DNA from: Faecousia sp.
GTDB taxonomy: Bacteria > Bacillota > Clostridia > Oscillospirales > Oscillospiraceae
Direction: 5' to 3'
Length of the DNA: 45,189 bases
Assembly: GCA_045531015.1 (NCBI GenBank)
Contig: JAZSDE010000087.1
Location: 1-45,189 of the forward strand
The notes under the pieces were generated by a model. That model ran no database searches. It had not been told where the DNA came from and worked only from the letters and a program-made list of their open reading frames with translations. Positions 25,212 to 34,576 of the stretch are shown here, piece after piece. A program made the translations under genes and the position numbers. The first letter of the stretch is position 1; the number at the start of each line of letters is the position of its first letter.

Positions 25212-25864
25212 ACTTTCGCTCCGTTCACCGCTAAGTAGTTTTTGATCCGGATCACATTTTCTTCATTTTGAGGATCTTCTTCCAAATACTCGATGATGTC
25301 ATATACATCCACAACGGAGTAGACCGGGAAGCCGAACTGCTCTTCGATTTCTTGCATTGCGCCCTTTTCGGTCTGACCCTTTTCCTTGCGATCGACCATT
25401 ATGAAGGTTGCGGCCACCTTTACGCCCTCCAAGTGGCTGAGAATTTCCATACTCTCCCGGATGGCAGTGCCGGCGGTGATCACATCCTCGATGATGATTA
25501 CCTCTTCCCCGGCGCCGGGCACATAGCCGACAAATACACCGCCCTCACCGTGGTCTTTTACTTCCTTGCGGTTAAAGAAGAAGGGCAGATCAAGACCCTT
25601 TTTGGAAAGGGCAACAGCAGCAGAAATGGAGAGGGAGATGCCCTTATAGGCAGGGCCGTAGAGAACCGCCTTTTTCTCTCCCATTTTTTCCAAGTAAGCA
25701 CGGGCATAAAACTCGCCCATTTTGGTGATTTGGTCACCGGTCTTAATCATACCGGCATTGACGAAATAGGGGATCTTTCTGCCGCTTTTTGCAGTAAAAT
25801 CACCGAATTTCAGCACACCTGCGCTCTGCAAGAATTCGATAAACTCTCTCTTATAAGCTTCCAT
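25208..25864 (-). CDS. pyrE: Orotate phosphoribosyltransferase
   Basis: [39 protein letters not shown]. Confidence 0.96.
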   Translation of the reverse strand: MEAYKREFIEFLQSAGVLKFGDFTAKSGRKIPYFVNAGMIKTGDQITKMGEFYARAYLEKMGEKKAVLYGPAYKGISLSISAAVALSKKGLDLPFFFNRKEVKDHGEGGVFVGYVPGAGEEVIIIEDVITAGTAIRESMEILSHLEGVKVAATFIMVDRKEKGQTEKGAMQEIEEQFGFPVYSVVDVYDIIEYLEEDPQNEENVIRIKNYLAVNGAKV

Positions 25865-25888
25865 ATTGGTTTCCTCCGATTATTATTT

Positions 25889-25912
25889 GGCGGGAGCAAG
25901 CCCCCGCCCTAC
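25889..25912. repeat. Single GTAG-type REP
   Basis: GGCGGGAGCAAGCCCCCGCCCTAC. Confidence 0.65.
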
Positions 25913-25918
25913 AAGCAC

Positions 25919-27607
25919 TTACAGGCGTTCTTTTTGAGAGCCTGTGGGGTTCTTTATACTGTAGCCCACGTTCACAAGGTGGTCAGCCACACGCTCCAAG
26001 CCCATAACGGTAGAGGTGTAGTAAGGACTATGGGTCACACTGCAGCTACTACTGGACAGGCGGGCGTAGTGGTTATTGGTAAGCTGATCCTTCATATCGT
26101 CCACCTGCTCTTCGAAAGCTGTCAGCGCCGGCAGCAATGTCCGGTCCTCATTTTCAAAGGCCGCCTTGGCAAGGGCAAACATCTTACGGACCTTATCGCA
26201 CATTTCGGCAATTTCATCCTGTGCTGTCTGGGAATAACTCAGTTCCTTTTTCTTCATTTCCTGACTCAGCTCGTAGAAATTCAGGGCGTGGTCGCCGATA
26301 CGCTCCAGGTCGTTGAGTACGTGGAAATAGGCACCGATGGTGGCCTCGTCACCGGCACTGATCTGGGCAGAGGAAAGCTTAATAAGGAAGGAGGTCATCG
26401 CGCCGTTGGTAAAGTCGATAATGTCCTCATTTTCGTTGATAACTTCTTCATCCTTATTGCTTCCTGTGCAAAGCGCGTTCAGGGAAAGGTGGATGTTTTC
26501 TTCCGCAACGGAGAGCATATAGTCGATTTCCTTCTTTGCCTGCGCCATAGCTACGGCAGGCATTGCAAGCAAATGGTCATCTACATAGCGCAAATGGCGC
26601 ACCTTCTGCATTTCTTCCTTGTCCCGAATCAGCTTTTCCGCAAGCTGCACCAGCTGCCGTACAAAGGGCAGAAGCAACAGTGTGGTAGTGACGTTAAAGA
26701 CTACGTGGAACGCAGATACCCGCATCTGCAGGGACATGGCGTCCTCTCCGGGGAAGAGATTGGTGAGCAGGGTCACGACCGGATCCTTAAGTGACCAGAT
26801 GATCGCTGTAAAAACCGCCGTGCCGATCACATTGAAGGTAAAGTGGATCAGTGCTACCCGTTTCGCATTGGATGAGCCGCCCACAGATGCCAAAAGGGCG
26901 GTCACACAGGTACCGATGTTGGCACCGAGAACAATGAACAGCGCCATGGGAAGCTCCAAAATGCCGGTACCGACCATAGTAATGACCACACCGGTGGCAG
27001 CCGACGAGCTTTGGATCAGGGCGGTGAAGATCGCACCCACCACGATCAGCAGCAGCGGGAAGTTAATAACGCCGAAAATCCCGGTAAACAGTTCCTTTAC
27101 AAGGGCGCTGCCGAAGGCCTCGGGGCTGCTCATAATGTTAAGGCCCACGAAGATGAGACCCAAGCCGCTGCACAGGCTACCCGCGATCTGCACCTTTTCC
27201 TTTTTCACAAAGCCCATCATCACGCCTGCAAAAGCAAGGAAATACATAGCCATATTGAAAAAGTCATTTTTAAGTGCCACCAGCACACCGGTAATGGTGG
27301 TACCGATGTTGGCGCCCATAATAATAGGCACAGCCTGCATCAGGGTCATAACACCGGCATTTACAAGGCCGATGACCATCACAGAAGTGGCTGAGGAGCT
27401 TTGAATGATTGCAGTTACTGCCGCGCCGATGCCCACCCCGGAGAAGCGGTTGCCGCAAATTCTGCCCAGCAGCTTTTTCATACCGGAGCCGGCGCTCTTT
27501 TCCAGCGCCTCGCTCATAAAGTTCATACCGACGATAAAAATACCCACGCCGGCCAGCAGCCAGATCATACTTTGGATCAGCTGCATAATTTCATCAGGGG
27601 TAAACAT
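25919..27607 (-). CDS. Na/Pi cotransporter family protein with PhoU-like C-terminus
   Basis: Two QSSS and GANIGT repeats; DLERIGDHA and LERVADH. Confidence 0.93.
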   Translation of the reverse strand: MFTPDEIMQLIQSMIWLLAGVGIFIVGMNFMSEALEKSAGSGMKKLLGRICGNRFSGVGIGAAVTAIIQSSSATSVMVIGLVNAGVMTLMQAVPIIMGANIGTTITGVLVALKNDFFNMAMYFLAFAGVMMGFVKKEKVQIAGSLCSGLGLIFVGLNIMSSPEAFGSALVKELFTGIFGVINFPLLLIVVGAIFTALIQSSSAATGVVITMVGTGILELPMALFIVLGANIGTCVTALLASVGGSSNAKRVALIHFTFNVIGTAVFTAIIWSLKDPVVTLLTNLFPGEDAMSLQMRVSAFHVVFNVTTTLLLLPFVRQLVQLAEKLIRDKEEMQKVRHLRYVDDHLLAMPAVAMAQAKKEIDYMLSVAEENIHLSLNALCTGSNKDEEVINENEDIIDFTNGAMTSFLIKLSSAQISAGDEATIGAYFHVLNDLERIGDHALNFYELSQEMKKKELSYSQTAQDEIAEMCDKVRKMFALAKAAFENEDRTLLPALTAFEEQVDDMKDQLTNNHYARLSSSSCSVTHSPYYTSTVMGLERVADHLVNVGYSIKNPTGSQKERL

Positions 27608-27632
27608 AGATAACTATCCTTTCTCAGGGAAA

Positions 27633-28331
27633 TCAGTCGCAAAACTCCGCTATGCAGCGCTCGTAGGCCGCAACCGGGTCAGCAGCTGCCGTAATGGGCC
27701 GGCCTACCACAATATAGTCAGAGCCGATCTTCTTAGCCTGCGCCGGGGTCATTACCCGCTTCTGGTCGCCCACATCCCCATCTGCAAAGCGAACGCCGGG
27801 GGTAACGGTCAAAAATTCTGCGCCGCAGAAGTCGTGTACCTTGCCCGCCTCTAAGGGAGAGCAGACAATTCCGTCCAGTCCTGCTTCCTTAGCATTTTTC
27901 GCGTAATGCATAACCACCTTGTCGATGGGCTCTTTAATAAGCAGATCCTTTTCCATCCGCTCCTGATCGGTAGAAGTCAGCTGGGTGACCGCGATCAGCA
28001 GAGGCCGTGTGCCGTCCTCCCGGGTCAAGCCCTCTATTGCGGCTTCCATCATTGTCTTGGTGCCGGCGGCGTGGAGGTTCGTAATATCCACATCCAAATT
28101 CCGCAGAACTGCCATTGCCTTTTTGACGGTATTGGGAATATCGTGGAGCTTCAGATCCAGGAAGATCTTATGTCCCCTGGCTTTCAGCTGCCGCACGATC
28201 TGGGGGCCTTCTGCATAGAAAAGCTCCATACCGATCTTTACAAAGGGCTTTCTGCCTGTAAACTTGTCCAAAAATGCGAAGGTCTGCTCTGCACTGGCAA
28301 AGTCACAAGCCACAATTACATCCTTACCCAT
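27633..28331 (-). CDS. pyrF: Orotidine-5'-phosphate decarboxylase
   Basis: FLDLKLHDIPNTV, VTQLTS, TPGVR, VVGRPIT. Confidence 0.97.
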   Translation of the reverse strand: MGKDVIVACDFASAEQTFAFLDKFTGRKPFVKIGMELFYAEGPQIVRQLKARGHKIFLDLKLHDIPNTVKKAMAVLRNLDVDITNLHAAGTKTMMEAAIEGLTREDGTRPLLIAVTQLTSTDQERMEKDLLIKEPIDKVVMHYAKNAKEAGLDGIVCSPLEAGKVHDFCGAEFLTVTPGVRFADGDVGDQKRVMTPAQAKKIGSDYIVVGRPITAAADPVAAYERCIAEFCD

Positions 28332-29242
28332 TATCTTACGCCTCCTATAATTTCATTTAATGTATTGATTCCATAGCTGTCCATTACAGACGGCAATTTC
28401 TTGATAATATCACAGCAAATATAAGGATCGACCAAGTTTGCTGCGCCGATCTCCACGGCGGTTGCGCCGGCCAGCATCATTTCGATCACATCCTCGGCAC
28501 TGCTGACACCGCCCATACCCACAACAGGGATATTAACCGCATTTGCTACCTGATAGACCATCCGCACCGCCACCGGGAAAATGGCGCTGCCGGAAAAGCC
28601 GCCCATTTTATTGGCAATGATGGGCCTTCTTGTTCTCAGGTCGATGCGCATACCCAGCATGGTGTTAATCAGGCTGATACCGTCTGCACCGGCATCTTCG
28701 CAGGCCTTTGCAATAGATACGATGTCTGTCACATTGGGAGAGAGCTTGACGATCACCGGCTTGGTAGTAACTTCTTTTACCGCCTTGGTAACCTCTGCGG
28801 CGGCTTTGGGGTCTGTGCCGAAGCTCATACCGCCACCGTGGACGTTGGGGCAGCTGACATTGACCTCCAGCCAACCTACCTGCTCTTCCCTATCCAGCTT
28901 TTCGCAGGTGTAAGCATAGTCTTCCACAGAAAAGCCGCTGACATTTGCCATAACCGGCTTTTGGAAGCATTTTTTGAGTTTCGGCAATTCCTCGGTGATG
29001 ACCTTTTCCACACCGGGATTTTGCAGACCTACCGCGTTGATCATACCGGCAGTGCATTCGGCGATGCGAGGTGTAGGGTTTCCAAAGCGAGGGTCTTTGG
29101 TGGTACCCTTAAAGGAGAATGTACCGAGGCAGTTAATATCAAAAAGCCCTGCGTACTCGTAGCCGTAGCCAAATGTACCGGAGGCAGGAATAATGGGATT
29201 ATCCAGTTCGATGCCGCAAAGGTTTACACCTAATCTTCCCAT
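28331..29242 (-). CDS. pyrD: Dihydroorotate dehydrogenase B, catalytic subunit
   Basis: ASGTFGYG, GNPTPRI, NVSCPN, KLSPN. Confidence 0.96.
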   Translation of the reverse strand: MGRLGVNLCGIELDNPIIPASGTFGYGYEYAGLFDINCLGTFSFKGTTKDPRFGNPTPRIAECTAGMINAVGLQNPGVEKVITEELPKLKKCFQKPVMANVSGFSVEDYAYTCEKLDREEQVGWLEVNVSCPNVHGGGMSFGTDPKAAAEVTKAVKEVTTKPVIVKLSPNVTDIVSIAKACEDAGADGISLINTMLGMRIDLRTRRPIIANKMGGFSGSAIFPVAVRMVYQVANAVNIPVVGMGGVSSAEDVIEMMLAGATAVEIGAANLVDPYICCDIIKKLPSVMDSYGINTLNEIIGGVR

Positions 29243-29964
29243 AAGATCTCCTCCTTTTGCATCACAGGGCCTTCCTTACAGATCCGCTTATAGCCGGTGA
29301 TGGTCTTGCAGCTACAGCCCATACAGGCGCCAAAGCCGCAGCCCATCCGCTTTTCAAAGCTAAACTCCCCGGAGGTTTTGGATGTCTTATAGACTGCCTT
29401 TAGCATCGGTTCCGGGCCGCAGGTGTAGAAATAGGAATAGTCCATATCTCGGAGCACATCGGTCACAAAGCCTTTTTCTCCGTAAGAGCCGTCAACGGTA
29501 GTAACCGCTACGTCACAGCCAAGTTTCTTGAATTCCTCTTCGTAGAAAACTTCGGATTTTGTATTAAAACCCAGGATAACCTGCACTTTTTTGCCCTGTG
29601 CCATCAGTCTTTTGGCAAGCAGGTACATAGGCGGCACGCCAACGCCACCACCCAGCAGCACCGGGTGTTCCCCAGAGCGGGACAGGTCGTAGCCATTACC
29701 AAGGCCGGTGAGAATATCAAGGTCTCCCTCCTGCATCCCGGCCATCTGCCGGGTGCCCTTGCCTACCGCCTTATAAATGATGGTGAGCTTGTCGCCTGCC
29801 ACATCGCACACAGAGATGGGGCGGCGCAGATACAGGCCGGATAGCTGGATATTCACAAACTGACCCGGTGCGGTAATGTGAGAGGTATCCCCCGAAAGCA
29901 CCATTTTATATACATTTTCCGTCAGTGTCTGGTTGCTGACGATCTTAAAAACACTTTTTTGCAT
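29230..29964 (-). CDS. pyrK: Dihydroorotate dehydrogenase electron transfer subunit
   Basis: LRRPIS, GGGVGVPP, CGPEPM, MGCGFGACMGC..ICKEGPV. Confidence 0.95.
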   Translation of the reverse strand: MQKSVFKIVSNQTLTENVYKMVLSGDTSHITAPGQFVNIQLSGLYLRRPISVCDVAGDKLTIIYKAVGKGTRQMAGMQEGDLDILTGLGNGYDLSRSGEHPVLLGGGVGVPPMYLLAKRLMAQGKKVQVILGFNTKSEVFYEEEFKKLGCDVAVTTVDGSYGEKGFVTDVLRDMDYSYFYTCGPEPMLKAVYKTSKTSGEFSFEKRMGCGFGACMGCSCKTITGYKRICKEGPVMQKEEILWED

Positions 29965-29996
29965 AGGTTCTCCTTATTATGCACAGCACTTTATAC

Positions 29997-30103
29997 AGCC
30001 TCCCTTGTGCAAAGGGAGGTGTCAAAAATCTATTTGATTTTTGACGGAGGGATTGTCAATCCCCCACCGCTACGCGGAGCCCCCTTTACACAAGGGGGCC
30101 TTT
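29997..30103. repeat. Inverted pair of two-hairpin REP-like repeats between carB and pyrK
   Basis: AGCCTCCCTTGTGCAAAGGGAGGTGTCAAAAATC..GATTTTTGACGGAGGGATTG / CAATCCCCC..GCCCCCTTTACACAAGGGGGCC. Confidence 0.85.
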
Positions 30104-33100
30104 TTACGCATCAATGGTAGAAATGGTCTGGGTGGTTTCTTCCAGAACATCCAGAAGGACACGGACGGTGTCCATTGCAGTGAAGATATTCACATTGTTC
30201 TCCGCGGCGATCTTGCGGATCTCATAGCCGTCGCTGTTGGAACCGTCGGAACCGGGCTCCTTGGTGTTTATCACATAGGCAATGTGACCCTGACGGAGCG
30301 CCTCGGGGATCTCCTCGCTGCCCTCGCTGATCTTACCCAGCCTATGGGTGCGGATGCCGTTGGCTTTCAGGAATTTCGCCGTACCCTCGGTGGCCTGAAT
30401 GTTAAAGCCAAGGTTATAGAACCGGCGGATCAGCGGCAGTGCCTCTTCCTTATCCCGGTCAGCAATGGTTGCCAGCACTGTGCCGTAATTTTGCAGGTGC
30501 ATACCGGAGGCCTGCAGTGCCTTAAAGAGCGCGCGGTTGAGTTTATCGTCATAACCAATGGCCTCACCGGTGGATTTCATCTCAGGAGAGAGATAGGTGT
30601 CCATACCCCGGATCTTATTGAAGGAGAAGACCGGCACTTTTACATACCAGCGCTTCTTTTCCTCGGGATAGATGTCAAAGATCCCCTGTTCTTTCAGGGT
30701 CTTGCCCAAGATGACCTCGGTTGCAATATCCGCAAGAGAATAACCGGTGGATTTACTCAGGAAAGGCACGGTACGCGACGAACGGGGGTTTACCTCGATA
30801 ATAAACACATTGTCGTCCTTATCCACGATAAACTGGATGTTGTAAAGACCCACAATGCCAATGCCCAAGCCTAACTTCTTGGCATACTGCAATATAATGC
30901 CCTTAACCTTATTGGAGATACTAAAGGGCGGGTAGACAGAAATGGAGTCACCGGAGTGAACACCGGTACGTTCCACCAGCTCCATAATGCCGGGCACAAA
31001 TACGTTGATGCCGTCACAGATGGCATCTACCTCCACTTCCCTGCCCTCGATATACTTATCCACAAGGACAGGCTTGTCCTCGTCGATCTCAACGGCAGTC
31101 TTCAGATAGTGGCGAAGCTGATTTTCGTTTGCCACGATCTGCATAGCACGACCGCCAAGCACAAAGCTGGGACGAACCAGTACAGGATAGCCAATTTCCG
31201 CGGCGGCGCGGATGCCGTCCTCAATCTTGGTTACCGCCTGACCCTTGGCTCTGGGAATGTCCAGCTCATTTAGCAGGTTTTCAAAGGCATTCCGATCCTC
31301 TGCCCGGTCAATAGCGGCGCAGTCGGTGCCGATGATCTTCACGCCCCGGTCAGTCAGCGGCTGCGCGAGGTTAATGGCAGTCTGACCGCCCAAGGAGGCA
31401 ATAACACCCTCCGGCTTTTCAAAGTCAATGATGTTCATTACATCTTCCGGAGTCAGAGGCTCAAAGTACAGCTTATCGGCAGTGGTGTAGTCTGTAGAGA
31501 CCGTCTCCGGGTTGTTGTTAATAATAATCGCCTCGTAGCCGGATTTTTTAATGGTCATCACCGCGTGGACGGTAGAGTAGTCAAACTCCACGCCCTGACC
31601 GATGCGGATGGGGCCTGCGCCCAGCACCACGATCTTCTTCTTTTCTGTCAACCGAGAGGCATTTTCTCCGGTGTAGGAGGAGTAGAAATAAGGAATATAC
31701 GCGCCGGTATGGCAGGTATCCACCATACGGAAAGCAGGGATAATGCCCTTTTCCTTGCGGAAATCATAGACCTGCAGCTCACTTGCGTTCCATAGCTGGG
31801 CGATCCGCTTATCACCGAAGCCCATTTCCTTGGCACGGCGCAAAATTTCGGTGTCCCAAGGCTTCTGCGCGAGGGCAGTGTCCATTTCCACGATCCGGGC
31901 AATTGCTTCCAGGAAATAGGCGGTAATGCCGGTGATCTTGTGGATCTCCTCCACTGTTTCGCCCATTTTCAGCAGCTGAGCAATAGCAAAAAGATTATCA
32001 TCCCGGAACTTAGCGATATAGGTGCGCAGTTCCTCTTTGGAGTACTGTGTGAACTTACTGATAAAGATGTGGCTCGCGCCGTTTTCCAAAGAACGGATGC
32101 CCTTTAAGAGCGCTTCTTCCAAGTTAGAGCCGATGCCCATAATTTCGCCGGTAGCCTTCATTTGGGTACCCAGCACATTGGATGCACTGGTGAATTTATC
32201 AAAGGGGAAACGGGGCAGCTTGGCAATTACATAGTCAAGCGCCGGCTCAAAAGCCGCATTGGTATTGGCGATCTTGATCTCCTCTAAGGACATACCTACC
32301 GCGATCTTGGCGGTGACCCGGGCGATGGGATAGCCGGAGGCCTTGGAGGCCAGCGCAGAGGAGCGGGAAACACGGGGGTTGACCTCGATGAGATAATACT
32401 CGCTGGTGGTGGGGTGGAGGGCAAACTGGACATTACAGCCGCCCTCGATCTTCAGCTCCCGGATCAGCTTGATCGCACTGTCATTGAGCATTTTCCGATC
32501 TTTTTCGGAAAGGGTCATAATAGGGGCAACCACCACAGAGTCGCCGGTATGGACACCCACGGGATCGATGTTTTCCATACCGCAGATGGTGATGGCGTGA
32601 TCCTGAGAGTCCCGCATAACCCCAAACTCGATCTCCTTATAGCCCCTCACAGACTTTTCGATCAGCACCTGATGGACGGGAGAGAGCTTAAAGGCATTGA
32701 TGCCGATCTCGATCAGCTCTTCCTCATTGTAAGCAAAACCGCCGCCGGTACCGCCCAGGGTGAATGCAGGGCGCAGAACCACCGGATAGCCGATCCGCTT
32801 GGCGGCTTCCTTGGCCTGCTCTAAGTCGTAGGTAATTTCAGAAGGAATGGTGGGCTCGCCGATGGACTGGCACAGCTCTTTGAACAGCTCACGGTCTTCC
32901 GCCCGCTCGATAGACTCGCTGCTTGTGCCGAGAAGCTCCACATTACATTCTTTCAGTACGCCTTTCTTTTCCAGCTGAATGGCAAGGTTCAAGCCCGTCT
33001 GTCCGCCGATACCGGGCAGGATGGCATCGGGACGCTCATAGCGCAGGATCTTGGCCACATATTCAAGGGTGAGCGGCTCCATATAGACCTTGTCTGCAAT

Positions 33101-33277
33101 GGAGGTGTCGGTCATAATGGTGGCGGGGTTAGAGTTGCAGAGAACGACCTGATAGCCCTCTTCCTTCAGTGCAAGGCAGGCCTGGGTGCCTGCATAGTCA
33201 AACTCTGCCGCCTGACCGATCACAATAGGGCCGGAGCCGATGATAAGAATTTTCTTTAAATCTTTACGCTTTGCCAT
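30104..33277 (-). CDS. carB: Carbamoyl-phosphate synthase large subunit (divergent at small-subunit interface)
   Basis: GSGPIVIGQAAEFDYAG, two ATP-grasp halves (EVNPRVSRSS, EVNPRSSRT), C-terminal MGS-like domain. Confidence 0.97.
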   Translation of the reverse strand: MAKRKDLKKILIIGSGPIVIGQAAEFDYAGTQACLALKEEGYQVVLCNSNPATIMTDTSIADKVYMEPLTLEYVAKILRYERPDAILPGIGGQTGLNLAIQLEKKGVLKECNVELLGTSSESIERAEDRELFKELCQSIGEPTIPSEITYDLEQAKEAAKRIGYPVVLRPAFTLGGTGGGFAYNEEELIEIGINAFKLSPVHQVLIEKSVRGYKEIEFGVMRDSQDHAITICGMENIDPVGVHTGDSVVVAPIMTLSEKDRKMLNDSAIKLIRELKIEGGCNVQFALHPTTSEYYLIEVNPRVSRSSALASKASGYPIARVTAKIAVGMSLEEIKIANTNAAFEPALDYVIAKLPRFPFDKFTSASNVLGTQMKATGEIMGIGSNLEEALLKGIRSLENGASHIFISKFTQYSKEELRTYIAKFRDDNLFAIAQLLKMGETVEEIHKITGITAYFLEAIARIVEMDTALAQKPWDTEILRRAKEMGFGDKRIAQLWNASELQVYDFRKEKGIIPAFRMVDTCHTGAYIPYFYSSYTGENASRLTEKKKIVVLGAGPIRIGQGVEFDYSTVHAVMTIKKSGYEAIIINNNPETVSTDYTTADKLYFEPLTPEDVMNIIDFEKPEGVIASLGGQTAINLAQPLTDRGVKIIGTDCAAIDRAEDRNAFENLLNELDIPRAKGQAVTKIEDGIRAAAEIGYPVLVRPSFVLGGRAMQIVANENQLRHYLKTAVEIDEDKPVLVDKYIEGREVEVDAICDGINVFVPGIMELVERTGVHSGDSISVYPPFSISNKVKGIILQYAKKLGLGIGIVGLYNIQFIVDKDDNVFIIEVNPRSSRTVPFLSKSTGYSLADIATEVILGKTLKEQGIFDIYPEEKKRWYVKVPVFSFNKIRGMDTYLSPEMKSTGEAIGYDDKLNRALFKALQASGMHLQNYGTVLATIADRDKEEALPLIRRFYNLGFNIQATEGTAKFLKANGIRTHRLGKISEGSEEIPEALRQGHIAYVINTKEPGSDGSNSDGYEIRKIAAENNVNIFTAMDTVRVLLDVLEETTQTISTIDA

Positions 33278-33279
33278 TT

Positions 33280-34491
33280 TTAGTCCTCCATTTGTCTTCT
33301 GTATACTACTTTTCCGTCACAAACTGTCATTACACATGCTCCCGCAAGCTCCCAGCCGGCAAACGGCGTAGCCTTGCCCATAGAGAGAAATTCTTCCGGG
33401 TCTACAGTAAACATTTTCTCCAAATCCCATACGGTGTAGTCCTCTCCCAGCGGGATGCCAAACCGTTTCCGGGGATTGTTTGCAAGTAAGTCGATAAGCT
33501 TCTCAAGTGGCAGAATGCCCGTCTTTACCAAATAGGTGTAAAGTACCGGGAATGCAGTTTCAATGCCGACTATGCCAAAGCTGCTGCCCGCCAGACCTTT
33601 TCCCTTTTCCTCAGCGGAATGGGGGGCGTGGTCCGTGGCGATCATATCGATAGTGCCATCTAAGATTCCATCCAGCAACGCCTGCCGGTCTTCCGGGCCG
33701 CGGATGGGGGGATTCATTTTGAATCTGCCCTCCTCCTGCAAGTCCCCGTCATCCATTACAAGGTAATGGGGGCCGGTTTCTGCGGTGACGTTGACGCCCC
33801 GTTTCTTCGCCTGTCGAATTAATTCCACGCTTTCCTTGGCAGAGACGTGGCAAATGTGGTAAGCAACGCCGGTCTCTTCCACAAGGCGCAGATCCCGTTC
33901 AATTTGGGCGTATTCGCTTTCACTGCAGATGCCCTTATGGCCGTAAAGCCGTGCATACTCCCCGTCGTGGATATAGCCGCCGTGAAGCAAGCTCTCCACC
34001 TCGCAGTGGGCAACGATCATTTTTCCAAGTGCCTTTGCCCGCAACATCGCCCGGCGCATCATTTCATCGCTTTGGACACCCTTTCCGTCATCGGAGAAGG
34101 CGATCACATCACTTGCCATATCTTCCATATCCGAAAGGGTCTGCCCCTTCTGCCCTACTGTGATTGCGCCGTAGGGATAGACGTGGATGCAGGCATCGGT
34201 TTCGATGATGGAAAGCTGCTTTTGCAAATTCTCCCGGCTATCCGGCACCGGGTTCAGGTTTGGCATTGTACACACCGCCGTGTAGCCGCCACGGGCAGCG
34301 GCTAAGCTGCCGGATTTTACGGTCTCTTTATAAGAAAATCCCGGCTCACGGAAATGCACATGCACATCACAAAAGCCGGGAAAAACAACATATGAAGAAT
34401 TTTGGGAAAGCAAATCCACAGCGACAGAAGAAGAAAAAACACCACCGCTCGGAAATCCAATGTACTGCTTTTTGCTCATACTATACTGCAT
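33280..34491 (-). CDS. pyrC: Dihydroorotase
   Basis: DVHVHFREPG, MPN, AFSDDG, HCE, KMNPP, ATDHAPH; N-terminus atypical. Confidence 0.92.
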   Translation of the reverse strand: MQYSMSKKQYIGFPSGGVFSSSVAVDLLSQNSSYVVFPGFCDVHVHFREPGFSYKETVKSGSLAAARGGYTAVCTMPNLNPVPDSRENLQKQLSIIETDACIHVYPYGAITVGQKGQTLSDMEDMASDVIAFSDDGKGVQSDEMMRRAMLRAKALGKMIVAHCEVESLLHGGYIHDGEYARLYGHKGICSESEYAQIERDLRLVEETGVAYHICHVSAKESVELIRQAKKRGVNVTAETGPHYLVMDDGDLQEEGRFKMNPPIRGPEDRQALLDGILDGTIDMIATDHAPHSAEEKGKGLAGSSFGIVGIETAFPVLYTYLVKTGILPLEKLIDLLANNPRKRFGIPLGEDYTVWDLEKMFTVDPEEFLSMGKATPFAGWELAGACVMTVCDGKVVYRRQMED

Positions 34492-34530
34492 CCTTTGCTC
34501 CTCCTTTGGGTGTGTCTATCTATCCGTGAA

Positions 34531-34559
34531 ATCATACCACGAGACCGCACATTTGTCAA
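34531..34559 (-). promoter_or_regulatory. sigma-A promoter of pyr operon
   Basis: TTGACA-17-TATGAT with extended -10 TG. Confidence 0.75.
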
Positions 34560-34576
34560 TAAACCAAATGCACAAA

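Noticed and set aside
25268-26794. Long plus-strand ORFs (also 8468-9673, 10038-11132, 30041-30874, 35043-35975)
   Set aside because: Antisense shadows of well-conserved genes, expected from codon bias; no motifs.
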